39,931 nt of DNA from an uncultured bacterium. GTDB lineage: Bacteria > Patescibacteriota > Minisyncoccia > Phycocordibacterales > PALSA-1337. A program made the translations under genes and the position numbers. The notes below the pieces were generated by a model that was given only the letters and a program-made list of their open reading frames with translations, ran no database searches and was not told where the DNA came from. This document shows, one piece after another, positions 1 through 8,127 of this stretch; positions within the stretch are counted from its first letter, which is position 1, and each line of letters begins with the position of its first letter. The stretch spans positions 1-39,931 of the forward strand of contig CAILTI010000010.1 of NCBI GenBank assembly GCA_903837075.1. The letters are read 5' to 3'.

Positions 1-127
1 CCGTCAACCCAAGGGAGTCGGTGGTGCCCGAAATCTCGCCTCGTGCGGGCCTAAGGCAAAATCGATGACAGGGGGTAAGTCGTAACAAGGCACGGGTAGC
101 GGAAGCTGCTCGTGGAATATTTCAAAG
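1..127 (+). rRNA. rrs: 3'-terminal ~127 nt of a 16S rRNA gene (helix 44 descending strand, helix 45, 3' tail). The gene starts upstream of the window.
   Basis: CCGTCA at 1-6 matches the universal 1399-1404 block. AAGTCGTAACAAGG at 77-90 matches the universal 1492 block. Helix 45 is CACGGGTAGC (91-100), GGAA loop, GCTGCTCGTG (105-114). The mature 3' end is only approximate. Confidence 0.85.
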
Positions 128-325
128 AATCAACCGTTTTTTATCCATTCTTCGGAATGGGTAAATAAACTTATAGTCGATCGCTTCGACGTAAAGTCGG
201 AGTGGAGCCATGACTCTTGTGTGCTCTAAACACGAGTCCTTAACCGGGGAAGATTCCCGGACCACATGGGAGATATCAATTGAATCTCTCATGGGTGAAC
301 GGAACAAAATAGAGAGCTAAAACAA
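128..325 (+). ncRNA. Structured 16S 3' trailer (ETS-like), function unknown
   Basis: A chain of hairpins: 142-163 (9 bp, UUCG loop), 176-190 (GTCGA/TCGAC), 244-260 (CCGGG/CCCGG), 265-293 (10 bp). No convincing ORF; the 122..307 minus ORF is rejected. Confidence 0.4.
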
Positions 326-351
326 AAAACACCTTTAACTGGGTGTTTTTT
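326..351 (+). terminator. Rho-independent terminator ending the 16S transcription unit
   Basis: AAAACACC (326-333), 8-nt loop, GGTGTTTT (342-349), running into a T tract. Confidence 0.7.
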
Positions 352-471
352 GTTTATATAAGGGGTATATTTGAGCTGTGCAAAACCCTATCATTTATGC
401 TACAATAGTACATATGTACGAGTGTGATTAGGCCAAAGTTATTCATTAATTAGGGCCTATTATATTATTTT

Positions 472-2949
472 ATGGCCAAGAAGTCAGACAAACCCACCAC
501 AGGAGAACCGGTACCAGTCCGCGAAGGGAACGGTATTGTTGCTCGCTCCATCACTACAGAGATGCGTGAGTCATTTTTGGACTATGCCATGTCTGTTATC
601 ACGGATCGTGCGCTTCCAGATGTTCGTGATGGATTGAAACCTGTGCATCGCCGCATACTATATGCTATGCATGAAAAGGGTCTGACAGCGTCATCAAAAT
701 TCCGCAAATCAGCCGTCGTCGTTGGAGACACTATGGGTTCATATCACCCACACGGTGACGTCGCTATATATGACTCGATGGTCAAGATGGCACAACCATT
801 CACCATGCGCTATATGTTGGTACATGGTCAAGGAAACTTCGGAACAGTTGACGGTGATCCACCAGCTGCTATGCGTTATACAGAAGCCAAGATGTCACGT
901 ATCGCGAGTGAGCTACTCCGTGATATGGACAAGAACACGGTTGATTTCCGACCGAACTATGACGGATCAAAGAAAGAGCCAACAGTTTTGCCGACCACAG
1001 TGCCCAATCTCCTATTGAATGGTACGCTCGGTATCGCCGTTGGTATGGCCACAAATATCGCACCACACAATCTTCGCGAAGTTGTCGATGCTACAGTCTA
1101 TCTACTCGAGAACAAGGACGCCACGACTGAGGACTTGTTCCAGTTCATCAAAGGTCCTGATTTTCCAACTGGCGCTGTCATGTATGGCGAGAAAGACATA
1201 CATCATGCCTATGCTACCGGGCGTGGCGGTGTTACCGTACGTGGCGAAGCAGAGATCGTCGAGGACAAGAAAGGCCAATTCCAGATCATCATCACTTCCA
1301 TCCCTTATCGTGTCAACAAGTCCGAGCTCATCATCAAGATCGCCGATCTCGTTCGTGAGAAGATCATCGAGGGTGTAAAGGGTCTCCGTGATGAGTCAGA
1401 CAAGGATATCCGCATCGCCATAGACTTGAAACAAGGTTCATATCCGGAAAAAATACTAAATCTCCTCTACAAGCATACTCAGCTAGAAGAGGCTTTTCAT
1501 TTCAATACTGTCGCTCTAGTCCACGGAGTTCCGCAAACGCTTTCATTAAAATCCATCCTACAGGAATTCGTCGTGCACAGGATAGATGTCATACGACGTC
1601 GCACACAGTTCGATCTCACTAGGGCTCTAGACCGTGAGCATATCCTCCTAGGACTGAAGAAAGCCCTAGATCATATAGATGAGATCATCACCATGATCCG
1701 TGCTTCCAAGGACGCTGTAGAGGCTCATGCGGCCCTCATGAAGAAGTTCAAGTTCAGTGAAAAACAGGCAACTGCTATCCTGGAAATGAAACTGCAGAGA
1801 CTGGCAGGACTAGAGCGCAAGAAAGTTTTGGATGAATTGGCTGAAGTGCAGGCATTGATAGGGGAACTCAGATCTATCTTGGGCAGTGATAAACTCGTCC
1901 GCGGCATCATCAAGACCGAGCTCACTGATGTGAAGGCTCGATATGGTGACGATCGTCGCACGAGGATCGTGAAGCATGGCGTCAAAGATTTCAATCCTGA
2001 GGACCTGATAGCTGATGAGGAGTCAGTACTCGTCCTTACGAAAGGTGGCTATGTAAAGAGAACGGATCCAGACGAATACCGCAAACAGAAGCGCGGCGGT
2101 GTTGGAGTAGTCGATCTAGATACCAAAGAAGAGGACTTCATCTCACATCTCATATTTGCCTCGACGCACAATGACCTACTATTTTTTACTGACAAAGGCA
2201 AAGCTTTCCAGATCAAGATGTATGACATACCGGAGGGAAAACGTGCCACCAAAGGCAAGTCAGTCATGAACTTCATCTCTCTCGCTGATGGTGAGCGGGT
2301 GACTTCTATATTGCCGATGCCAAAGAACAAGAAAGAGGCTGAAGGACTATCTCTCATGATGGTCACCAAGAATGGTACAGGCAAGAAGACATCCGCAGCA
2401 CATTTCAAGGACGTGAGACGTTCTGGACTGATCGCGATCACACTGGAAGACGGTGATGAACTCATCTCTGCTTCATTCGTGACGAAAAATGACGAGGTCG
2501 TCATCGCCACCAAGGAAGGCCAGTCGATCCATTTCAAGGAGTCTGATGTTCGTGAAATGGGTAGGAATGCTGCCGGCGTGCGTGTTATCAAGCTCGACAA
2601 AGTCGATGGTGTTATCTCTGCTGACGTCGTCTCCAAGGATGCCACGAATCCAGCTCTGTTCGTCATGAGTTCAAATGGATATGGCAAAAAGACCAAACTT
2701 TCTGAATACAAAGTCCAGAATCGCGGTGGTTCCGGCATTCTCACTATGAATATAACGGGGAAGACTGGCTCCCTCATCGCTGCCAAGGTTGTAACTGATG
2801 ACAACGAAGAGATCGTAGCTATGTCAAAGAAATCCCAAGTCATCCGTGTCGATCTCAAGGAGATTCCTGCTCTCTCTCGCGCCACCCAAGGTGTTCGTGT
2901 CATGAAGCTTCGTGATGGAGATACTCTGGCGAGTCTGATCTGTTTGTAA
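472..2949 (+). CDS. gyrA: DNA gyrase subunit A
   Basis: 825 aa. N-terminal [20 protein letters not shown] and the HPHGD/AIYD motifs are present, with a C-terminal beta-pinwheel repeat region. Confidence 0.97.
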   Translation: MAKKSDKPTTGEPVPVREGNGIVARSITTEMRESFLDYAMSVITDRALPDVRDGLKPVHRRILYAMHEKGLTASSKFRKSAVVVGDTMGSYHPHGDVAIYDSMVKMAQPFTMRYMLVHGQGNFGTVDGDPPAAMRYTEAKMSRIASELLRDMDKNTVDFRPNYDGSKKEPTVLPTTVPNLLLNGTLGIAVGMATNIAPHNLREVVDATVYLLENKDATTEDLFQFIKGPDFPTGAVMYGEKDIHHAYATGRGGVTVRGEAEIVEDKKGQFQIIITSIPYRVNKSELIIKIADLVREKIIEGVKGLRDESDKDIRIAIDLKQGSYPEKILNLLYKHTQLEEAFHFNTVALVHGVPQTLSLKSILQEFVVHRIDVIRRRTQFDLTRALDREHILLGLKKALDHIDEIITMIRASKDAVEAHAALMKKFKFSEKQATAILEMKLQRLAGLERKKVLDELAEVQALIGELRSILGSDKLVRGIIKTELTDVKARYGDDRRTRIVKHGVKDFNPEDLIADEESVLVLTKGGYVKRTDPDEYRKQKRGGVGVVDLDTKEEDFISHLIFASTHNDLLFFTDKGKAFQIKMYDIPEGKRATKGKSVMNFISLADGERVTSILPMPKNKKEAEGLSLMMVTKNGTGKKTSAAHFKDVRRSGLIAITLEDGDELISASFVTKNDEVVIATKEGQSIHFKESDVREMGRNAAGVRVIKLDKVDGVISADVVSKDATNPALFVMSSNGYGKKTKLSEYKVQNRGGSGILTMNITGKTGSLIAAKVVTDDNEEIVAMSKKSQVIRVDLKEIPALSRATQGVRVMKLRDGDTLASLICL

Positions 2950-2969
2950 ATATTTTGGTTCTTGGTCAT

Positions 2970-3168
2970 GTGATCAGTAGTGAAGAATGCCTCGAGTGAC
3001 CCTCCGCAAACTCACTCGTGTAATTGCAAGGACACAAAGCATCGGGAATCAATCAAGTCTCGACAAGCTCGACTTGTTGATTCCAACGACACTCGCTTTG
3101 TGTCTGCAATTACATACTCGCTCAAACAGGTGCGAGGGTCACTCGAGGCATTCTTCACTACTGTGCAC
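2970..3168. repeat. ~200-nt extended inverted repeat (rod-like hairpin, MITE-like or structured RNA)
   Basis: A perfect 30-nt arm at 2975-3004 is the exact reverse complement of 3134-3163. Inner complementary blocks are GTAATTGCA..ACACAAAGC (about 3019-3040) versus GCTTTGTGT..TGCAATTAC (about 3095-3113), and GGAATCAATCAAGTC versus GACTTGTTGATTCC around the centre at about 3067. Confidence 0.8.
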
Positions 3169-3205
3169 CTTTATTAGAACTTCCTCTACTGTCCCCAGGG
3201 GGCAC

Positions 3206-3234
3206 TTCATACTTCACCTTTTATAGCATATAAT
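3206..3234 (+). promoter_or_regulatory. Putative promoter giving a leaderless methyltransferase mRNA
   Basis: TTCATA (3206-3211), 17-nt spacer, TATAAT (3229-3234), then exactly 6 nt before the ATG at 3241. Confidence 0.4.
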
Positions 3235-3240
3235 GTAGTC

Positions 3241-3756
3241 ATGTTTTCTGACCCAGCCACAAATCTCAACAAGTTAGGTCTCGCGGACGGCATGAAGATA
3301 GTCGATATCGGTGCAGGCTCTGGATTCTATAGCATCGAGGCAGCGAAAAGGGTAGGCGCGACAGGCCGCGTCTATGCTGTGGATGTTCAGAAAGATCTGT
3401 TGGAAAGGCTACGTTCGGTCGCAGGATCACAAGGACTTCACAATATCGAGGTAGTTTGGGGAAATGCGGAGAAGATAGGTGGAACGAAGGTGCGTGAGTC
3501 GCTGGCTGATAGGGTGATCGCCTCCAATGTCCTGTTCCAGATAGAAAAGCCGGATGATTTTGCATTGGAAATGAAAAGGATAACCAAAGTAGGTGGTAAG
3601 GTATTGGTCGTGGACTGGAGTGATGTTTCGCCACTCAGTCCAAAAACACTCGTTTCGGCAGCAAAAGCACAGGCACTGTTCGAGAAGGCAGGCTTCAAGT
3701 TGGAACAGACTTTCGGAGCAGGGGACCATCATTACGGTCTTGTGTTTGTTAGATAA
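3241..3756 (+). CDS. Class I SAM-dependent methyltransferase
   Basis: 171 aa. Motif I is VDIGAGSGFYS, followed by an acidic post-I residue (YAVDV) and a Rossmann-type layout. Confidence 0.8.
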   Translation: MFSDPATNLNKLGLADGMKIVDIGAGSGFYSIEAAKRVGATGRVYAVDVQKDLLERLRSVAGSQGLHNIEVVWGNAEKIGGTKVRESLADRVIASNVLFQIEKPDDFALEMKRITKVGGKVLVVDWSDVSPLSPKTLVSAAKAQALFEKAGFKLEQTFGAGDHHYGLVFVR

Positions 3757-3872
3757 TGCAAAATATAAAAATCAAAATGAAAAATGACAATTTAAAATGC
3801 AAAATGTTTCTGAGATAAATTTTTATTTTTGCACTGTCATTTTCCATTTTTATATTCAAATTTTCAATTAAT

Positions 3873-5165
3873 ATGTCCAAATTCCAGATCATCACCCTAG
3901 CAGTCTTCGTTGTTTGCATCATCGGCGGTGTGATCGGTTTTGCGACATTCAAGGGTAGTTCGAGTAAAACTACGTTGTCACCGATAACAGTCTGGGGTAC
4001 GTTTCCAGCAGAAACATTTACTCAGTATCTTGGCAATATAAATAATGGCGCCGCGGAGCCTGTCAATGCGACTTATACACAGATCGCACCTGACCAGTTC
4101 AACGGTACCTTTATCGCCGCTCTAGCTCGCGGAACGGGACCAGATGTCGTACTTCTGCCAGTTGATATGATACTGCCACATCTCGACAAGATCACCTCTA
4201 TACCTTATACAGCCTTGCCACAGAGGACATTCATGGATACCTATATCCAGGAAGCCAATATCTATCTTTCTGCGAATGGCGCTCTAGCGATACCATTCAC
4301 TGTTGACCCACTCATCATGTACTGGAATAGGGACATGTTCAATGCGGCCGGTATAGCAACATATCCGAAATACTGGGATGAGACGGTCAAACTCATTCCC
4401 AAGCTCACAGTGAGAGATAGCAATGGTAATGTTACAAAATCAACCATGGCTATGGGAGATTTTACCAATACTACGAACGCGCGTGAAATATTCGGAACGC
4501 TCCTCATGCAACTCGGCAATCCAGTGACCGCATATGATGGTAAGGGACTATTGGGGACTACGATATCGAGCCAGAATGCCTCTGTCTCACAGGCAGTACT
4601 CAGTTTCTATACACAGTTCGTTGATCCATCGAGTCCGAACTATACCTGGAATAGGGGGATGCCCAATGACAAGACTGCATTCCTGTCTGGTATCACCGGG
4701 ACATATTTTGGCTTTGCTTCGGAACTCAAGGGCCTCCGTGCCAAGAATCCGAACTTGAACTTTGATGCTGCGCCACTGCCCCAAGTCAAAACTGGTGGCA
4801 CGAAAGCGACATATGGTCGGATGTATGGTTTCTCGATCCTGAAGAGTTCTGCCAATGTGAACAACGCCTATCAGATCATTTCTGCCTTGACATCCGCGGC
4901 AAATCTAGCCTCTCTATCCACAACATTGTATCTGCCTTCAGTGCGTAGAGATCTCATCGCCGCTGGTTCTAGTGATCCGTACCTGAGCGTGTTCGATACC
5001 ACAGCACTCATCACGAACACCTGGCTAGATGCAGATGTGTCCCAGTCACGAGCGCTCTTCGCTAACATGGTACAATCAGTGACGAGTGGCAAGAATACAG
5101 TTAGTGAAGCTATTCAGGATATAGAGAGTCAGTACAATCTGTTGTTGAGGAATACGACGCAATGA
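3873..5165 (+). CDS. Membrane-anchored extracellular solute-binding protein (ABC transporter family 1-like)
   Basis: 430 aa. It has an N-terminal TM anchor (IITLAVFVVCIIGGVIGFATF) and sugar-SBP-like motifs (PDVVLLPVD, MYWNRDMFNAAGI). No permease or ATPase gene is adjacent. Confidence 0.7.
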   Translation: MSKFQIITLAVFVVCIIGGVIGFATFKGSSSKTTLSPITVWGTFPAETFTQYLGNINNGAAEPVNATYTQIAPDQFNGTFIAALARGTGPDVVLLPVDMILPHLDKITSIPYTALPQRTFMDTYIQEANIYLSANGALAIPFTVDPLIMYWNRDMFNAAGIATYPKYWDETVKLIPKLTVRDSNGNVTKSTMAMGDFTNTTNAREIFGTLLMQLGNPVTAYDGKGLLGTTISSQNASVSQAVLSFYTQFVDPSSPNYTWNRGMPNDKTAFLSGITGTYFGFASELKGLRAKNPNLNFDAAPLPQVKTGGTKATYGRMYGFSILKSSANVNNAYQIISALTSAANLASLSTTLYLPSVRRDLIAAGSSDPYLSVFDTTALITNTWLDADVSQSRALFANMVQSVTSGKNTVSEAIQDIESQYNLLLRNTTQ

Positions 5166-5275
5166 TAGATAATGTAAAATTGAAACATCAAAATGGAAAA
5201 TTATAATGTAACATTAAAATTAACTGACTTCTCTATGAGAGATTTTCCATTTTAATTTTTACATTTTACACTCTT

Positions 5276-5809
5276 ATGAAACGAACCATCTTTACAACCA
5301 CCGTTCTAGTTATCATCGCGGCACAGCTTCCTTTTGTGACTATGGCCGCTACCTCGCAGACTATCAATATCACAGACCCAACATTCAAATTCGTGATGTG
5401 TGACGGACCGGATCTCAGCAAACTGCCACCAACTGAAACGATAACTATCAATCATGTAGAATATATTCCTGGGACGCGCAGTACGAAGATCACACCGTTT
5501 CCCTATACTGGTGGTTCAGCATATCCTGACTGGTACCATCCCTGCGACTTCAACGCCCTCGTAGATACCGCTCAGCGTCTCATTAATATCATCGTATCAG
5601 TCGGTGTATTCGCGGCTCTGGGTAGTTTTGTCTATATCGGCTTTCTATACATCGAAGGTACCGAAAAGGGTCGCACGAAGGTCAAGGACATGTTCCCAAA
5701 AATGTTCAAGGGGTTTATACTGATGTTGTCAGCTTGGTTCATCATTTATCAATTACTGGGTTGGCTGGGCGCCAGCGAAGGGTTCAGGTCACTATTAGGT
5801 AGTCCGTAA
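5276..5809 (+). CDS. TrbC/VirB2-like (T4SS-pilin-like) small membrane protein, paralog 1, with an extra Cys-containing N-terminal domain
   Basis: 177 aa with a signal peptide, then a C-terminal TM1 / short K,E-rich loop / TM2 module (IIVSVGVFAALGSFVYIGFLYI-EGTEKGRTKVK-..FILMLSAWFIIYQLLGWL). Confidence 0.55.
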   Translation: MKRTIFTTTVLVIIAAQLPFVTMAATSQTINITDPTFKFVMCDGPDLSKLPPTETITINHVEYIPGTRSTKITPFPYTGGSAYPDWYHPCDFNALVDTAQRLINIIVSVGVFAALGSFVYIGFLYIEGTEKGRTKVKDMFPKMFKGFILMLSAWFIIYQLLGWLGASEGFRSLLGSP

Positions 5810-5818
5810 TATATTTAT

Positions 5819-6292
5819 ATGAAAAAAATTCTTTATATCCTTCTTATATCACTAGCTTGCTCTGCTACATTTGTATCGGGAAATTCTTTTGCTCAAAATA
5901 ATAAAACGGATAGTAATGCCGTTCTAGATTCTAATAGTAAGACTGATTCAAATACACCTCAATCAACCGCTGCATCAACTCTCAAAAATCCACTCAAGGT
6001 TAATTCGATAGGTGACCTGGTAAAGTCTGTGCTCCAGGTGTTCAGCTACATCGCAGTACTCTTCGGGGTAGTTATGCTCATAGTTGTAGGTTTCAAATAC
6101 ATCCTCTCTCAAGGCAAGCCCGAAGAAATGAAAAAAGCTAGTAATGAACTCCTCTATATCGTCATAGGTCTAGCTATCGTGATCGGCGCCAGAGTAGCTG
6201 TCGATATCGTCATTAATACGATGAGTAGTACGGGTGTGATAGATCCGAATGTTATCCAAAGTGCCAAAGATGCCAATAAACAGAATTATTAA
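5819..6292 (+). CDS. TrbC/VirB2-like small membrane protein, paralog 2
   Basis: 157 aa with a signal peptide, a low-complexity N/S/T region, and TM1-QGKPEEMKK-TM2. Confidence 0.55.
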   Translation: MKKILYILLISLACSATFVSGNSFAQNNKTDSNAVLDSNSKTDSNTPQSTAASTLKNPLKVNSIGDLVKSVLQVFSYIAVLFGVVMLIVVGFKYILSQGKPEEMKKASNELLYIVIGLAIVIGARVAVDIVINTMSSTGVIDPNVIQSAKDANKQNY

Positions 6293-6310
6293 CTGAACTT
6301 ATCAATAAAT

Positions 6311-6682
6311 ATGAACAAGAAATATATAAAGTACGTGTTGTCATTTGGCGCCCTATCATTGCCTGTTATAACATTTGCCGCAGCGACGACCAAGACGTTG
6401 GTAGGACTCGTTCAAGTCATCATACCTTATCTGAATCTGGCCCTATATCTCATGATGTCCTTTGCAGTCATCATGTTCGTTTTCTATGTTATCAAGTATT
6501 TTGTTTTGCCGAATGAGAAAAGGGGAGAGGGGAACATGTACGTTATGTATAGCCTACTGGGTTTTTTTGTGATTCTATCATTCTGGGGATTGGTGAATAT
6601 ACTACTAAATAGCTTTGATCTGGCGAATAAGGACAATACTCCGAGCAATTGGGGCGCACTATCGAACATATTTCCGAAATAA
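6311..6682 (+). CDS. TrbC/VirB2-like small membrane protein, paralog 3
   Basis: 123 aa with a signal peptide and TM1-PNEKRGEG-TM2 (SFWGLVNILL). Confidence 0.55.
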   Translation: MNKKYIKYVLSFGALSLPVITFAAATTKTLVGLVQVIIPYLNLALYLMMSFAVIMFVFYVIKYFVLPNEKRGEGNMYVMYSLLGFFVILSFWGLVNILLNSFDLANKDNTPSNWGALSNIFPK

Positions 6683-6793
6683 TAGACAGGTTACATATCC
6701 ACAGCTCAGCCCTGTTATGCCAGCGTGATTCGTGTATAATTAACAGTACCTAATATAACAGTATTAGCATTTAATAATTATTAATAAAATAAT

Positions 6794-7192
6794 ATGAAAA
6801 AAATCATAGCAGCAGCACTCGCTTTCGCACCAGTAGTAGCTTTAGCACAGAACACAGTAGTACCAGTAGCAATAACAGATGCCAATACTCTGTCACAGAC
6901 GCTTATCAACCTAGGCAACATGTTTACTTATTTGTTGGTTGCTGTAGCAGTTATATTTATTATATGGAATGTTGTATGGTATATGGTCAAGGGTAATGAC
7001 CCTGAGGCACGTGGGAAAGCTGGCCAGTCGATCATGTGGGGCATAGTTGGATTGTTCATTATTCTATCTATCTGGGGACTAGTTGGTATTTTGACTGGTA
7101 CGTTTAGGACAAGAACACCAAGTACTGCCATACCTCAGATTCAGCAGGTAATTAATGGAAATATACCACCTCTTCCTGGTTTCCAGAGATAA
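6794..7192 (+). CDS. TrbC/VirB2-like small membrane protein, paralog 4
   Basis: 132 aa with a signal peptide (ALA-QN) and TM1-KGNDPEARGK-TM2 (SIWGLVGILT). Confidence 0.55.
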   Translation: MKKIIAAALAFAPVVALAQNTVVPVAITDANTLSQTLINLGNMFTYLLVAVAVIFIIWNVVWYMVKGNDPEARGKAGQSIMWGIVGLFIILSIWGLVGILTGTFRTRTPSTAIPQIQQVINGNIPPLPGFQR

Positions 7193-7199
7193 AATCGAT

Positions 7200-7484
7200 A
7201 TGTTGTCACCTTCCTCTCTTTTAGCTGCCGTAAGTCCAGATGATTTTGGTAAGGCGATATCTCCTATAATAGTACATATCGTCACTCCGGCGCTAGAGAT
7301 CTTGTTCGCTGTCGCTCTGCTCATATTCGCCTATAGCGTGGCACGTCTCATCTGGGGATCTGCTGAGGGTGAAGATCGAGCGAATGCAAAAAAAAGTATG
7401 TTGGGTGGCATCATCGGTATGTTCATCATGTTATCGGCGTGGGGGATAGTGTATGTCATCTCAAATACGGTCAAAACATTTTGA
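7200..7484 (+). CDS. TrbC/VirB2-like small membrane protein, paralog 5 (no obvious signal peptide)
   Basis: The start is placed at ATG 7200 (MLSPSS...) rather than 7155, which overlaps paralog 4. The module is TM1-GSAEGEDRANAKK-TM2 (SAWGIVYVIS). Confidence 0.5.
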   Translation: MLSPSSLLAAVSPDDFGKAISPIIVHIVTPALEILFAVALLIFAYSVARLIWGSAEGEDRANAKKSMLGGIIGMFIMLSAWGIVYVISNTVKTF

Positions 7485-7508
7485 GAGTTAGAGGATCAGT
7501 ATAAAAGG

Positions 7509-7544
7509 AAAAGGGCTGACGAAGTATTTCGTCAGCCCTTTTTT
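7509..7544. terminator. Bidirectional rho-independent terminator between convergent units
   Basis: AAAAGGGCTGACGAA (7509-7523), GTAT loop, TTCGTCAGCCCTTTT (7528-7542). A/T runs lie on both sides. Confidence 0.8.
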
Positions 7545-7557
7545 GATTCTAAAAGAA

Positions 7558-8127
7558 CTATTTGATGCCTTGCATCGCCCGAACGGCCTGCAGGCGCCAA
7601 TCGGATGGCGGCCTCGTTCCGTAATCATACAGGCAGTACACCAGCGTTTTACCCACTGACCGATCATTTGCCGCCTTCAAGGCGAATGCATATGTCTGTC
7701 CTTTGGCAACGTAGTTTGGCAAGTCGTTGTTCGTAAGGCTGAACTTTTCAAAGAACTCCTTATCGTTATTTGTCTTGTCGAAGACCTCGACGTCGTCGCC
7801 GGCGGTCTCGATGATGAAGTGTTCACCTTTGTCACTATTCACCGCCACAATTCCACTGTAGTCTTTCGACAACGTGATGTAACCGAACCGGTAGGGTTGA
7901 TGTACGACCTGAGCCGCTTGTTGCGGTTGTGGTGCTGTTGGGCCAGCTCCTCCTGGCGACTTTGCTTCCGAAACAATATACATGGTGAACGGGACCGCTG
8001 CTATGATGAGAAATATCACGATAACAGCTAAGATAATGATCCACCTCCAATGTTTGGAAGTGTCTGATTTTGGTTCTGTCGGATCCTTGTCTTCGGTTCC
8101 GGCAAATGTGCCTCCATTTATTGCCAT
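7558..8127 (-). CDS. Single-pass membrane protein with an extracytoplasmic ~110-aa domain (gene A of the block), translationally coupled to the upstream gene
   Basis: 189 aa. A TM helix (WIIILAVIVIFLIIAAVPFTMYIV) is followed by the Pro/Gln linker PQPQQAAQVVHQ. Its start overlaps the upstream stop as TAATG (8125-8129). Confidence 0.6.
   Translation of the reverse strand: MAINGGTFAGTEDKDPTEPKSDTSKHWRWIIILAVIVIFLIIAAVPFTMYIVSEAKSPGGAGPTAPQPQQAAQVVHQPYRFGYITLSKDYSGIVAVNSDKGEHFIIETAGDDVEVFDKTNNDKEFFEKFSLTNNDLPNYVAKGQTYAFALKAANDRSVGKTLVYCLYDYGTRPPSDWRLQAVRAMQGIK

Noticed and set aside
115-127. Base-pairing between the unusual 16S tail (GAAUAUUUCAAAG) and the recurrent upstream motif TTCAATCATTCAAT, or the GATTGAAA words, as a replacement SD/anti-SD pair.
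   Set aside because: I could not find more than short A/U-rich matches, and those are expected by chance at this composition. It is listed as a test, not claimed.
122-307. A 61-aa ORF on the minus strand immediately after the 16S 3' end.
   Set aside because: It lies entirely inside the hairpin-rich rRNA trailer between helix 45 and the terminator. There is no start context and the peptide has no features.
320-345. The idea that the missing 16S tail sits after an intervening sequence, because AACACCTTTAAC at about 328-339 faintly resembles GATCACCTCCTTA.
   Set aside because: It still lacks CCTCC. The CACC forms the 5' half of a good terminator stem followed by a T tract. No intron-like boundaries are visible. 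I kept this only as something 3'-end mapping would settle.
2049-2969. A 306-aa ORF antisense to gyrA. Similar long antisense ORFs lie at 21961..22671 and 22801..23211 (clpB), 18837..19268 and 19287..19685 (smc), and 10898..11416 (gene D).
   Set aside because: These are shadow ORFs opposite well-supported genes. Their products are low-complexity and Ser/Arg-rich, and they have no promoter or terminator of their own. In the gene D region, the minus-strand promoter, leader and terminator modules identify the minus strand as coding.
2980-3226. Two overlapping plus-strand ORFs (65 and 79 aa) between gyrA and the methyltransferase.
   Set aside because: They are read straight through the two arms of the ~200-nt inverted repeat. 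The open frames are a by-product of the symmetry.
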